The notes under the pieces are model-generated. The model saw nothing but the letters and a program-made list of their open reading frames with translations, searched no databases and was not told the DNA's origin. A stretch of 64,000 nt of DNA. Origin: a virus (Duplodnaviria > Caudoviricetes). Positions 7,576 to 18,486 of the stretch are shown here, piece after piece. The translations under genes were made by a program, and so were the position numbers. Position 1 is the stretch's first letter; each line of letters starts with the position of its first letter. Where the stretch lies: the IMG/VR virus record IMGVR_UViG_3300031867_000006, positions 64,001-128,000 of that record. One strand, given 5' to 3'.

Positions 7576-10119
7576 TTATTTTTTGATTGTGCCTTTAGAT
7601 TTAGCTTTCTCTTTTACACACTTATAGATGGTGGATTCATCTATTTTATCATTCTTGGCAATATAATAAGCCAGAAGCTTAAGAGCAATGTCTCTAGTAT
7701 CAAACGTAACAACCCATTGCTTTTTATTCTTAACTTTCTTGACTTTACCATACCATGTAACTTTACCCTTGTTTTTACCAGAGGTTCGTTTAAGCTTATA
7801 CTCTTTCTTAGCAGCCTCAACCCATGTTTTGATTTTACCACCATTGTTCTTGATAGTAACCTTAATGGATTTACCAACTTTAAGAGCTGCATTATATCCA
7901 GCACCATTATCAACAGTAGGAGATGAAGTATTCTTCTTATACTTCTTCCACTGCGTCTTCTGCGGATGAGCTTCTGTAGGATAAGTAGTGCTATCGCATC
8001 CACTTGTAGCAACCATGTAATCTTCTTTACAGTATCTACAAAGCATTACATATGGTATAGATCTAGATTCATCAAGCTTCTCTATCTTACCAACAGTATT
8101 ACATGATGGACAACCATATTTATAGTAATCTTTAGAAGATATTATTTTTGCAGGTCCGGCTGCTTTGATTTCTTTCTTGGCGCCATCGCCAGCTACAAAA
8201 CCACCATAGATAAATACTTTTCTAATTACCCATACATTTACAGTATAACCATAATTTAAGAAGTGGGTAAGTCCCTTAATGAATTTCTTAGCATCGTCAA
8301 TCTTCTTAAACATTTTAGCATCTGTAACGATATTAGATAACTCGATAACATCAGAATTCTCACCAACAAAGAGTATCTTACCATTATCCTTATGATTGGT
8401 AGTAATTACATAACGTGTATACAGCTTATAGCAGGACTCTAAATCTTTAAGATTAATCTGCTTATTATTTTTATCGTCCTTAATGGTGAGATCTGCAAAA
8501 TCATCATAATCTTCTAACTCTTCTGTTGTCTGACCTTCATCAGCATCTTCTTCAAGAACTAATGTCTGACCATCATCGGCAACAACATATCCAGCCGGAA
8601 TAACCCATATTGTACAGAAGGCATTATAAGATACGCCAGCGTAATAGTAAGTTGCTTGTAATCTAGCGCGACCCTCTGCTTTACCATAAACCATACCATC
8701 AGAATCTACTGTAAATATATTAGTATCTTGAGAAGTATAATACATTGTACCATATGCGACTGCTGTACCATAAGGCTGAATCTCTATGTTAGGATATTCA
8801 CTATCTCCAACATTGATAACAAATACTGATTCGTCAAATGCGATACCAGTGACAGTATCATCATTTAAGTATTTATTACTATCGTCAACTTCGGAATTAT
8901 CATCTAAATCGTCTTCAGAAGATCCAGTCTCATAACTTGCTTGTACTCCAGTCACATAGCATTCATCAAACTTAGTAGCATCAGATACAGATATACACTT
9001 TATAATCGCATTTCCTGGAGATAAACATGTCACATAACCATTTTCATCAACGGAGAAGCATTCTCCATTAGTATCATCACAATCACAATCCCATGTAACA
9101 CCCTCTTTAGAAGCTATGTATGGACTAATACTATAATTTAACCCTACTGTTGAACCTACAGTGATGAGTAGATTATGACTCTTTAATGTAACAGAAGATA
9201 CAGCAATCTCATCGCCATCTGTAACGTCCTCAGGAATAACTATAGATTCTGAAACAACCTGAGCGGTGGCTGAGAATGTAGCGTCAATTTCTTCTGGATT
9301 ATCCTTCTTATATCTAGTATGAACTACAGTAATTGTAGCCTCACCAATGCCTTGCAGAGTAAGAACACCATGGTTATCTACTAATGCAACTCCAGTATTC
9401 GATGAAGTATACGTTAAGTTAGGTTCTTCATTAGCCGTAGATGGGAAATACTTAAGTTTAGTATATATAGTAGAACCTTGCTTACCTTGATAGATGCTAT
9501 CATTAAATTGCATGCCTGTAATATTAATGATTGTCTCGCCAGTATCAGGCGTAGTAGGCTCCTGATCATTTATAACAATCGTAGAGAAGCACTGCACTGA
9601 CTCATTATATACCGATGCAGATAATACAGCTCTACCAGCGCTTATAGGATAAATATTACCATAAGCATCAACCTTAAAGATTGTAGTATTCGACGACTTG
9701 TATTTAACCTTAGGATAATTAACCAATCCATCAGGCTTAAAACCTAATACAGTCGGAAATGAGCTAGTATTTATAGGAATAGTATATGAATCAGACTCAA
9801 AAAATAACTGCTCAACGAGCTGTCTCTCATCATCCGCTCCAGTAACTAATATGGTAGTAGTACCCTCTATAAGATCATCACCAGAATAAGCTGTTATTTT
9901 AATAACAGCAGTACCATAGTTCTTACACTTAATAGAGACTATACCATTATCTATACTATCTACTGAAGCAATAAGATCATCTGATGATGAAAACTGAAAA
10001 TTAGCATTGCTGTCAGTCAAATCAGATGGTAGCAATATCAAATTAGCTTGTATGGTAGAACCCTGAGCAGATGAGTAAGAAGTCTTCTCAAACTGAATAG
10101 AAGTATATTTTCTAGCCAT
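7576..10119 (-). CDS. Ig-like (Big_2) repeat protein with C-terminal zinc ribbon and basic tail
   Basis: Repeated (Y/F/W)xSS(D/N)xxI/VxxVDxxGxVxxxxxGxAxI motifs; CPSC...CRYC; late promoter at 10149-10160. Confidence 0.8.
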   Translation of the reverse strand: MARKYTSIQFEKTSYSSAQGSTIQANLILLPSDLTDSNANFQFSSSDDLIASVDSIDNGIVSIKCKNYGTAVIKITAYSGDDLIEGTTTILVTGADDERQLVEQLFFESDSYTIPINTSSFPTVLGFKPDGLVNYPKVKYKSSNTTIFKVDAYGNIYPISAGRAVLSASVYNESVQCFSTIVINDQEPTTPDTGETIINITGMQFNDSIYQGKQGSTIYTKLKYFPSTANEEPNLTYTSSNTGVALVDNHGVLTLQGIGEATITVVHTRYKKDNPEEIDATFSATAQVVSESIVIPEDVTDGDEIAVSSVTLKSHNLLITVGSTVGLNYSISPYIASKEGVTWDCDCDDTNGECFSVDENGYVTCLSPGNAIIKCISVSDATKFDECYVTGVQASYETGSSEDDLDDNSEVDDSNKYLNDDTVTGIAFDESVFVINVGDSEYPNIEIQPYGTAVAYGTMYYTSQDTNIFTVDSDGMVYGKAEGRARLQATYYYAGVSYNAFCTIWVIPAGYVVADDGQTLVLEEDADEGQTTEELEDYDDFADLTIKDDKNNKQINLKDLESCYKLYTRYVITTNHKDNGKILFVGENSDVIELSNIVTDAKMFKKIDDAKKFIKGLTHFLNYGYTVNVWVIRKVFIYGGFVAGDGAKKEIKAAGPAKIISSKDYYKYGCPSCNTVGKIEKLDESRSIPYVMLCRYCKEDYMVATSGCDSTTYPTEAHPQKTQWKKYKKNTSSPTVDNGAGYNAALKVGKSIKVTIKNNGGKIKTWVEAAKKEYKLKRTSGKNKGKVTWYGKVKKVKNKKQWVVTFDTRDIALKLLAYYIAKNDKIDESTIYKCVKEKAKSKGTIKK

Positions 10120-10185
10120 TGCTGAATTCCTCCTTCTTTGTAATCAATTACATCAATGTCCTCCAAATAAATAATTGCCATATCT

Positions 10186-10346
10186 GGCGATGAGTTGGTG
10201 GTTTAGAGGGGCTACAAAAACTCTTACTAATTATAATCCACTTAATGGTTTCTTTGGAGTAGAAAATTGTAAGAATATTAATAATGCTGATTATGCTTGG
10301 GCTGCATATGATCCTAATAATGGTAATAAAATAATGAATAACGGCG
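10186..10346 (+). other. solo variable cassette (GGCG-ATG...AAC-GGCG)
   Basis: Encodes MSWWFRGATKTL...KIMNNG, same architecture as array cassettes; lies between divergent late promoters. Confidence 0.8.
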
Positions 10347-10425
10347 CTTATATAATCTCAAAACATAATATTAATGATCATCGGTCATAATAAACTATCA
10401 AATACTATATAAGGAGGTATTAGCA

Positions 10426-12111
10426 ATGGCTAGGATTTTATCCAATAGACCAGAGCAGGAAGTTTCTCTTTCCGTAATTACCCACTTTAAAGATGGTTCT
10501 GAATCATCCAGAACTTTTAAAGTTGGTGATGTTGTCGAAGGTCTTAGATACGTAAGTAACAGCAAAGTTGTTACTGTAACCGGTAAGATTTCTGCTATCA
10601 AGTATAATACATTCACAGTATCTAGAGTAGATGCAGAGAATGTAAAGGATTTCTTCAATGATGATATTAGAGCAGAATTCTTAGTAATTGATTGTAGTGC
10701 TCAGTATGAGTCTAACATCGTTACGGTTCCTGTAATGGAGATCGTTGAAGATGATGGGGTTGTAGATGTAGTTAAAGTTACATCTTCTCTTCATCCTAGA
10801 GTAACTATGGATATGGAATATACTGACGGGTCTGTTGTTAATCAGGATCTTGAGGTTGGCGATGTAATTACAGATTTCGTAGCAATGAGCGGTACACCCG
10901 GAACGCCTGATATTACTGGTGATTTCAGAATTACAGCATTTGCTTATAAGAACGTAACAGATACTCCTGTAGTGACAGGTCTCTATCTTACGCCTCTGGA
11001 TGGCGGTAAGGCAATTAACGTACCTTTCGGTAATATGATTTCATTTGTAGAGCAGGTTTCCGCATACGTTACAGCAGATAACTCTCTTGGAGAAATCGCA
11101 GATGCTTTAACAGCTTCTGAATCTGGTGTTGTATACGCACAGCTTAATAATGACGTAACTATACCATTGCGTGAAGATGGCAGGATAACCACTCTTATGG
11201 TAGGAGAAGGACAAGAGCTCAACTTGGACTTAAATGGTCATGAGCTTAACTGTGTAGCATACGCACTGTATGGCGACGGTGGCGTGATCAATGTTGAGAA
11301 TGGTACTATTAAGTGCGGTATTGTTGATAAGACTTATGGCGCTATTCAGGCCGCTGGTACAACAGAGCTTAACATGAAGAATATCACTCTTGATACTACT
11401 AATGTAGAGGTTGGTGATAATGAGCACAATTGGCTCTATGGTGTTGTTGGATCTGGTTCTGCAACTATCAATATCGAAGATTGCAAGATAACTACAGATG
11501 AAGCAAGCTGTATCGGTATTACTAACCAGACTAGCGATAATGCTACATTTATCATAGGTGGAGACTCTGTTCTTAAGACCACCAATTGTGGTTGTTTGTA
11601 CATTGCGGATGAACGCGAGGTTATTATTAAGGATAATGCAGTTATCGATGGCTCTATCGTAGCACGTATGGGCGAATTTACTATCCAGGATAATGCTAAG
11701 GTTATGTCTCCTGCAGACAGAGAGCTTGTTGATGGTATTGGTGTTCAGGTTACATTCAGTGGAGTAACTAAAGCTACTGCTGCATTCTGGGCTCTTACTG
11801 GTATTTATGGTACCAATACTGAGAATAATGACATGATCGTTAACGTTAAGGATAATGCTAAGATTATCGGTAAACTTGATAAGGCTATTGAAGTAATGAA
11901 GATTGATACAAAGTTCGATCAGAAAGTTGTATTTGATATTGCTTCTAAGGCTAATCTTGTATCTGTCGATGAAGATCCTATCAGAGTTTACGATAATGCA
12001 GAGCTTAGAGAGATCGCATCTGCTGCTGGTAAGACACTTGGAGCTGCTACAAAGATTACAGATCTTACTATTAAGATCGCTAAGCAGCAGGTTTATCCCG
12101 CAGCTGAATAA
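10426..12111 (+). CDS. probable virion protein with C-terminal right-handed beta-helix repeats
   Basis: LNLDLNGHEL and repeated I.I.DNAxI motifs; AGGAGG RBS; late promoter at 10393-10404. Confidence 0.65.
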   Translation: MARILSNRPEQEVSLSVITHFKDGSESSRTFKVGDVVEGLRYVSNSKVVTVTGKISAIKYNTFTVSRVDAENVKDFFNDDIRAEFLVIDCSAQYESNIVTVPVMEIVEDDGVVDVVKVTSSLHPRVTMDMEYTDGSVVNQDLEVGDVITDFVAMSGTPGTPDITGDFRITAFAYKNVTDTPVVTGLYLTPLDGGKAINVPFGNMISFVEQVSAYVTADNSLGEIADALTASESGVVYAQLNNDVTIPLREDGRITTLMVGEGQELNLDLNGHELNCVAYALYGDGGVINVENGTIKCGIVDKTYGAIQAAGTTELNMKNITLDTTNVEVGDNEHNWLYGVVGSGSATINIEDCKITTDEASCIGITNQTSDNATFIIGGDSVLKTTNCGCLYIADEREVIIKDNAVIDGSIVARMGEFTIQDNAKVMSPADRELVDGIGVQVTFSGVTKATAAFWALTGIYGTNTENNDMIVNVKDNAKIIGKLDKAIEVMKIDTKFDQKVVFDIASKANLVSVDEDPIRVYDNAELREIASAAGKTLGAATKITDLTIKIAKQQVYPAAE

Positions 12112-12125
12112 AAGGAGGTATAGAT

Positions 12126-12260
12126 ATGGCAGATATTAAAGGAATTCAGCTCCCTGTTGAAGATCCTATTAAAGCAGGAATTGTTGTTCCTGTAGGCACG
12201 GTAGGAGAGAAGGAAGCTCCTGTAACTCCTAAAGAAGAGCCTAAGGATGGCAATCAGTAA
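12126..12260 (+). CDS. small hypothetical protein (44 aa)
   Basis: MADIKGIQLPVEDP...; AGGAGG RBS; lies in operon. Confidence 0.65.
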   Translation: MADIKGIQLPVEDPIKAGIVVPVGTVGEKEAPVTPKEEPKDGNQ

Positions 12261-12276
12261 ATAAGGAGGTAGCTTT

Positions 12277-12477
12277 ATGGCAAAACCTTCAAATAAAGAG
12301 GTTCATTTCGAAAACGGACCAATTATTATCGTACATGAATCCGCTAATTATCTATATGAGATAATGCAGCGGATATCTAACAACGAAAGTAGTATAGAAG
12401 GGAATGATGTTGATTTCGAAGACCTTGATAAAAATGGCGATGGAATCATATCTCCTGAAGAATTGCTTGGAAATTAA
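12277..12477 (+). CDS. small protein with EF-hand-like loop
   Basis: DLDKNGDGIISPEEL contains a canonical DxNxDGxIxxxE loop; AGGAGG RBS. Confidence 0.65.
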   Translation: MAKPSNKEVHFENGPIIIVHESANYLYEIMQRISNNESSIEGNDVDFEDLDKNGDGIISPEELLGN

Positions 12478-12495
12478 ATATGGAGGTAAACTAAG

Positions 12496-12831
12496 ATGGC
12501 ACAAATCATCAAGAATTTTGAGAATAGCGTTATCGCTGAGATCTTAGAGGACGTTACACCCATCCCTGAGATAGTTATGGTTGTTACAACTAAGCAGTAC
12601 TGTGAGCTTACTGGAGCTGAGTTTGATGAAGCTACAATGGGTTCTGGTAATGTATGTATTTCTTTCTCAGCAGAAGAGGCAGATGCATTCAAAGAGGCTG
12701 TTGCTGAGGCAGTAGAGAATGCGAATAAACCTGTTGGTGGTGGAGAGGGTGCAACCGGTGGTCCTACTCCCGGATCTGGACCTGCATTTCCTACAGACGG
12801 TGGCAGTGCAAGTGGAACAAGTAATCCCTAA
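12496..12831 (+). CDS. hypothetical protein with Gly/Pro-rich tail
   Basis: ORF with GGAGG RBS, followed by hairpin at about 12846-12880. Confidence 0.7.
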   Translation: MAQIIKNFENSVIAEILEDVTPIPEIVMVVTTKQYCELTGAEFDEATMGSGNVCISFSAEEADAFKEAVAEAVENANKPVGGGEGATGGPTPGSGPAFPTDGGSASGTSNP

Positions 12832-13053
12832 ATAATTTTGCAAAAAATAATAGAGGGTGGAGATATCCACCCTCGTTATTTGTTTATATGCTCAATAAAT
12901 ATCTAAGATAATCTACCACATTCATGATTAGCCCTCACGTCCGATTGTCTGATTGTCATCCATATTAATGACCTCCTCTCATTATTATTTTTCGAAAGAA
13001 GATCATTATAGATCATAGGATATTTCACCATACCTTTCATAACTCCTAATTAC

Positions 13054-13857
13054 TTAATCTACCGCAAAGATCTTGAATATCTTAGCATACGCATCGCCAA
13101 TATGCTTAAACACATCTGTCTTGGCGGTCTTATCATCTTTAGAGACTGTCATAACTACTCCAATATTAGATTTAATTATAAATATGAAGTAGTTATCAAT
13201 CTGATATTGACTGGCATAATTACTTTCTAAACTTACCACTTTGAAATAAGTATTTAATATATACTCATAAGCGTGGAAGTATGTATTAAAGCGTTTAACC
13301 TCGATACGTTTATCTTGCTTGCCGGGCTCATTCATAGGAAACGCATTAAGCTTCCAGACATCCATAACTATCTTATCTTCCAACTCAGATAGGAATATCT
13401 GGTATTCTCCCATCTTATAAGTATGGAAGATCTCATCATCTGCTGACTGATTAGCAAGGCCATCAATAGCTTCCTGATCTATATCTGGTTCATGTGTCAT
13501 ATCTGGATTTTGACATAACTTCTCACAAAATTCAGAATACTTGTTATTTGATGCTTTGATAAACGCATCATAATACATATCTTTCTTTTCATTATACCTA
13601 TCATAGTAAGCTTTGGAAAGATAACGATCTCGATAAGCACCAAGATAAGTATCAACCATAGCTTGATCGATGCGGAGCTTATCAACAAAATATTCTTTGT
13701 TTAAGCCAAATTCTGCTGCTTCTCTATTAAATAATTCAGCATACTCTTTAAGATATGCTTCAGATTTAGCAGCAACGACTATCTTGTCTGTTATCCCGCT
13801 TTTTGCATCTCGGACTCTCGATTTGAGAAAGTAAATATACTCCTCCATTTTAACCAC
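13054..13857 (-). CDS. hypothetical protein
   Basis: 267-aa ORF, RBS, early motif at 13891. Confidence 0.75.
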   Translation of the reverse strand: MVKMEEYIYFLKSRVRDAKSGITDKIVVAAKSEAYLKEYAELFNREAAEFGLNKEYFVDKLRIDQAMVDTYLGAYRDRYLSKAYYDRYNEKKDMYYDAFIKASNNKYSEFCEKLCQNPDMTHEPDIDQEAIDGLANQSADDEIFHTYKMGEYQIFLSELEDKIVMDVWKLNAFPMNEPGKQDKRIEVKRFNTYFHAYEYILNTYFKVVSLESNYASQYQIDNYFIFIIKSNIGVVMTVSKDDKTAKTDVFKHIGDAYAKIFKIFAVD

Positions 13858-14047
13858 CTCCTAAAATATTATTGGTTATTGCTACAACTTTATAATATAT
13901 AATTCAAAAACTTTAGTTGTCCTATTTATATATAAATATTCGACTCCAATACATATGCATCTAATGAAAACACTCATTGCAAACAATATGAATGGTATGC
14001 AACGCTCTACAAAAAAAGAATCCCTAGACCAAAGCCTAGGGTTCTTA

Positions 14048-14731
14048 TTATCTGAATGATTTATATATGTTATAAGCGGAATACTTCTCTGGGATCTGCC
14101 AATTGCTAATAGTGTCAGTGATCTCTGCATTCTTATTTATTACGTAATCATAAGAACCATATTGAAGCCATTCCTTATGGATTGGTTTATTATCGAAGTC
14201 ATAAAATACAACGTCTATTTGCACATTGCGATCTATTGCGTTACCGGTATTTTTAATAGTAATAACAAGATCGCCAACCTCATCAATTGTATCAGTCACT
14301 TTGATATTATCGATAGAAGCATTCTTTAATCTATCGTAAATGACCGCATTGAGATTATGCACGATCTTTAAATCCTTCTCATATAGATGAGCATCTTCGA
14401 TAACTTCCTGTCCAGGTTCTAATATCATAGAAGCGTAATTATTATTATGCTTCTTAGAACCAAAGTTGTCTCTAACCATCAATGTTTTGTCTGACTGGTT
14501 AATATAATGAGATACTATATAATCATCGCCAATCTCATCAACAACTTTAATAGAGCTAGAATAATCTTTACTAGCTTCATCCAGCTCTTCTGCTACTTCT
14601 TCTTTAGTATGCTTAGTTTCTGTCGACCCAAATAACACATAGTACACATAGTATACTGAAGTACAGAACAAAATAATTACTACAAGCGGTATTATTGGTG
14701 TAAATTCTTTGAGCCAATTCTTAATTTCCAT
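14048..14731 (-). CDS. membrane-anchored protein with C-terminal Ig-like (FxLYD-like) domain
   Basis: N-terminal TM segment; ITIKNTG...VQIDVVFYD. Confidence 0.6.
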   Translation of the reverse strand: MEIKNWLKEFTPIIPLVVIILFCTSVYYVYYVLFGSTETKHTKEEVAEELDEASKDYSSSIKVVDEIGDDYIVSHYINQSDKTLMVRDNFGSKKHNNNYASMILEPGQEVIEDAHLYEKDLKIVHNLNAVIYDRLKNASIDNIKVTDTIDEVGDLVITIKNTGNAIDRNVQIDVVFYDFDNKPIHKEWLQYGSYDYVINKNAEITDTISNWQIPEKYSAYNIYKSFR

Positions 14732-14822
14732 TTTATATCCTCCTCTAAATGAATATTTTACTACTACATATTTATAGTATACAACTAAATATATTTAATA
14801 GACTAAAAATAATAGAGGTGGT

Positions 14823-15035
14823 TTAACCCACCTCTATAGGATACTTTTCTTTCCATTGTGCTAATAGATTTCTATGATATTCGCTATCACTACAAGAGTC
14901 GCCTTCATGGAATCGTTTACATTCTCTAACTCCAGATTCACAATGTTTATCAGATACCAAACATCTAGAACATTTATATTCACATATTGCACATAAACAC
15001 TTCTTTATATGGCATTCAGGATTTATAGCGCTCAT
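14823..15035 (-). CDS. small Cys-rich protein
   Basis: Multiple CxxC pairs; start overlaps the stop of the upstream gene. Confidence 0.6.
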   Translation of the reverse strand: MSAINPECHIKKCLCAICEYKCSRCLVSDKHCESGVRECKRFHEGDSCSDSEYHRNLLAQWKEKYPIEVG

Positions 15036-17137
15036 TCATCCTCCTTCAATAAATCTAAATCGCTAGGTTTATCAGATGGATCTTTAACCAATCCATTAGA
15101 TATAGATTTCTTCTCAGGATCAACATCAGTCTTCACCATGGGGTCATTTTCAGCAGTTTCTGATAAAATACTCTTAAATCGAGGATTATCTTCAATATGA
15201 TCAATTAGGAAACTGCTAAGTGTCGCATAGGCTTCGCTGAAAGGACTCTCTGGAATAACAACACTCTCTTTAAGCTTCTTTTTGAAGTCATTCTTCTGTT
15301 TTTCCATAGATAAATACCAATCTATATATTCTTTTAAACCAGCAATAGATTTAAATGATTTCATATATTCTAAGAAACCACATTCTTCTCTTTTATATGC
15401 TCGCCACATAGACTTAATCATAGAAGTATTAACTACTATAATTGGATATGGTTTAATAATATCTATTGAATCTGGAATATCCATAAGCTGTATACCTTCA
15501 AGGATGTATATTTTATCCTTATTCTTCTTGGCTATATCTATACAATATTTAAGAAATCTCTCAACTTCCTTAGCCCATGCTTTCTCATTGTTAGAAATCT
15601 TAAATTTATGAGCTCCATGATGATACTTTTCCATGTAATCTTTAATGATTAAATTACCTTCATCATTAGTAGTATTCTTATCGAAGATTATATCATTATG
15701 CTCCAGCAAATCTATCTCTATATTAACAGCGTCATACTTTTTAGCCAGTTTCGCAGCCATACTGCTCTTGCCGGAACCTGAAAGTCCTGTAATAAAGAGT
15801 ATATTAGACTGCTTAGGAAACTTCTCTACATTGTATTCAAGATTCTTAGCCTTCATAGGATTTCTATATTCATCCATGAAAGTCTCATGAATAATATCTG
15901 CAGAAGTATCTATAGTACACTCAATTATCCCTTCAGGATGTTCCAGATTAGGTTCAAACTCGATCTTAAGATCTACGAGCTGACCATCTCCTAAACGATT
16001 CCATGTAATCTTCCTAACGGAGCATAAGTTTATTCCCATATTATTAGGAATATACTCCAACTCTATAGGACAATCATATGGTTTACCAGGACCAATATCG
16101 TTAGGATCTACACGTATCATATCATATTGTACAGATCCATCATCATTAAACCATATGAAATGATAGAACTTATGCATATCATCTACCGAAGCCTCCTGAA
16201 TGAATGATTCATTAAGTTTCTTATATGAATCGCCGACTGTGCCTAAATAAGTATCGCAATCCTTGCATTTGAATATCGGTCCACCTTGAAGAAATATGCC
16301 AATATTTGTTGATCCACATTTTTTACATATTTTGGGTTTAGCATAATTAGCTTTCTCATTAACATGGATAGCTTTACGAGTATCTCCGCATAATTGCTTA
16401 TACTTAAGATCCATAAATATATTAATAAGCTGAACAAATTCATTATTGGTTAATCTGAGATAGTTATATTCACCATCTGATGTGAATAGCTTCTCCTTCT
16501 CGATTGTTCTAGCCCTTGAATCAGTTCTAGATGATGAAACTTGTGTATTAGGTCTGCTACCGCCATCTTTAACTTCAATGATAAGATTATATGGTATATA
16601 TAAGAAGTCAGGAATATACATATGTTTCTCACCATTATATTCATATTCCATTATCGGTCCAGGACTCAATATATCTTGAGATTTAATCTCTAAGTATTGA
16701 TCCATGAATTCAAGAGCCTGCTTCTCGAATGTACCAGTATAACCAACTTTACCACCATCTGTAAATGTATACATTCCAGATATGCGTCTATTCGCAAGCA
16801 TCTTCTCTTGCTGCTCAGGATCATTGAGAAGTGTCTCTTTGCCGTAGACCTTCATTGTGTTCTTCTTATACTTCTCATGAAGTGCTTCTTTACATCTAGG
16901 ATTACCGCATAATACATCATATCTCCCAGCCGACTCATTCCATGGAGTATCTTTACCGCATATTCTACATTTACCCCTCTTAGTCTCATTAGGGTTTGCT
17001 ATATCGAATACTACTCTTCTTGCTGTGTATCCTTCAGGGATCATCTCATCATGTCTTTTATATATATGATTTATTAAATCATTACGCTCATATCTATTCT
17101 TACAATATGGGCACGCTAATTTGGGTTTAGCCATCAT
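15032..17137 (-). CDS. multidomain protein: Zn fingers, TnsA-like PD-(D/E)xK nuclease, Zn ribbon, P-loop kinase
   Basis: CPYC..H..H; YIPDFLYIPYNLIIEVK; CKKC/CKDC; GLSGSGKS Walker A; late promoter at 17163-17174. Confidence 0.7.
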   Translation of the reverse strand: MMAKPKLACPYCKNRYERNDLINHIYKRHDEMIPEGYTARRVVFDIANPNETKRGKCRICGKDTPWNESAGRYDVLCGNPRCKEALHEKYKKNTMKVYGKETLLNDPEQQEKMLANRRISGMYTFTDGGKVGYTGTFEKQALEFMDQYLEIKSQDILSPGPIMEYEYNGEKHMYIPDFLYIPYNLIIEVKDGGSRPNTQVSSSRTDSRARTIEKEKLFTSDGEYNYLRLTNNEFVQLINIFMDLKYKQLCGDTRKAIHVNEKANYAKPKICKKCGSTNIGIFLQGGPIFKCKDCDTYLGTVGDSYKKLNESFIQEASVDDMHKFYHFIWFNDDGSVQYDMIRVDPNDIGPGKPYDCPIELEYIPNNMGINLCSVRKITWNRLGDGQLVDLKIEFEPNLEHPEGIIECTIDTSADIIHETFMDEYRNPMKAKNLEYNVEKFPKQSNILFITGLSGSGKSSMAAKLAKKYDAVNIEIDLLEHNDIIFDKNTTNDEGNLIIKDYMEKYHHGAHKFKISNNEKAWAKEVERFLKYCIDIAKKNKDKIYILEGIQLMDIPDSIDIIKPYPIIVVNTSMIKSMWRAYKREECGFLEYMKSFKSIAGLKEYIDWYLSMEKQKNDFKKKLKESVVIPESPFSEAYATLSSFLIDHIEDNPRFKSILSETAENDPMVKTDVDPEKKSISNGLVKDPSDKPSDLDLLKEDE

Positions 17138-17220
17138 ATCTAACCTCCTTATCTAGTAAGATTATTAAGATGTCGAGGCTTCAAAAAATAACGCTAGACA
17201 TATCGCCTAGCGTTATTATA

Positions 17221-18417
17221 TTATTTATTAAGATCCGATTTTATCCATTTCAGTATATTATTCTGTAATATCGCAGGATTTACATAATCACTATCATATG
17301 CACGTAATATAGATTTAGATATTTCTGGATTTAATCCAAAATCTCTACACATTTTATACGCCACATTTTTGCTTATATCTTCCATTTTAATTATCTTATC
17401 AAATCGACCGGCCCTTGTTACAGCTTCATCAAATAAATATATATAGTTTGTAGTTGCAACAAATATAGTATTATTTGGTGAACTTGGTGAATCTAATAAA
17501 GATAATAACTTAGCTATGTTTTCCTTATCCTGAGAAGTTATACTTTTTGATTCTCTTGATGATAAAATAGTATCTATATCATCTAATAGAACAACATTAA
17601 GATCTGTAAAGGCGCCGCCGCCGCAACAACTATCGATTTCTTTAGATAAATCTGATACATTCATATATTTGAATGTGGATAAATCTACCATTGTTAAATT
17701 GCAATTCATATAGCTTGCTATTGCATTTACTATGGATGATTTGCCTACGCCTGGTTTTCCATATAATAATATACCGGTTTTAAATTTGATGCCTCGTCTA
17801 TTATATATATTTTTATTATTTATCCATGTATCTAAATAATTTATTATATTTTCTTTAACACCATCATTTAAATAAATGGTTTCAAATTTCCTATATGCAG
17901 ATCTAATATCGTTACAAGTTATTTTACCATCTTTATCACAATGTAAACATGAAACGATTTTGCTCCTAGAAATATCAGTATTTGCTTTATTTAATATATC
18001 ATTATAATATTTATGTGCGTGCTTTCCAAATATATAAAATATACCATAGAAATTAGTTCCTTCTGAATTTGGAACTGATCTAAAATTATCATGATATATG
18101 AAAAGATATGTTCTATTATCAAGCTGTATCAATTTAGTTATTATATTAGAAGTTATTTCTAATTTAGCATTAGTGGCATCTCTAATAATTGTTTTATGCC
18201 CATATTCCTTCAAATACTTATTGATCGCATCAATTGATCGTGATTCAGTACCATCCCATATTATATACCCTAAGCTATCTATATACTTTTTCAGTATAAT
18301 TTTTATTGTTTTATTTCTAACTTTCCTAAGCATATGATTTATAGTTGCCGAATCCATAAAATCACTAACTTTAATTTTATCATTATCAAATACCATATTG
18401 ACCCTCTCTTTAAACAA
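17221..18417 (-). CDS. AAA+ ATPase (BCS1-like)
   Basis: GILLYGKPGVGKS Walker A, LLDDID Walker B, ATTN, RAGRFD arginine finger. Confidence 0.85.
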   Translation of the reverse strand: MFKERVNMVFDNDKIKVSDFMDSATINHMLRKVRNKTIKIILKKYIDSLGYIIWDGTESRSIDAINKYLKEYGHKTIIRDATNAKLEITSNIITKLIQLDNRTYLFIYHDNFRSVPNSEGTNFYGIFYIFGKHAHKYYNDILNKANTDISRSKIVSCLHCDKDGKITCNDIRSAYRKFETIYLNDGVKENIINYLDTWINNKNIYNRRGIKFKTGILLYGKPGVGKSSIVNAIASYMNCNLTMVDLSTFKYMNVSDLSKEIDSCCGGGAFTDLNVVLLDDIDTILSSRESKSITSQDKENIAKLLSLLDSPSSPNNTIFVATTNYIYLFDEAVTRAGRFDKIIKMEDISKNVAYKMCRDFGLNPEISKSILRAYDSDYVNPAILQNNILKWIKSDLNK

Positions 18418-18486
18418 AATTAAGTTTACTTTACTACATAATTATATTATACAATCTTAATCTTGTTTAAATAGTATTTTTGCTAA

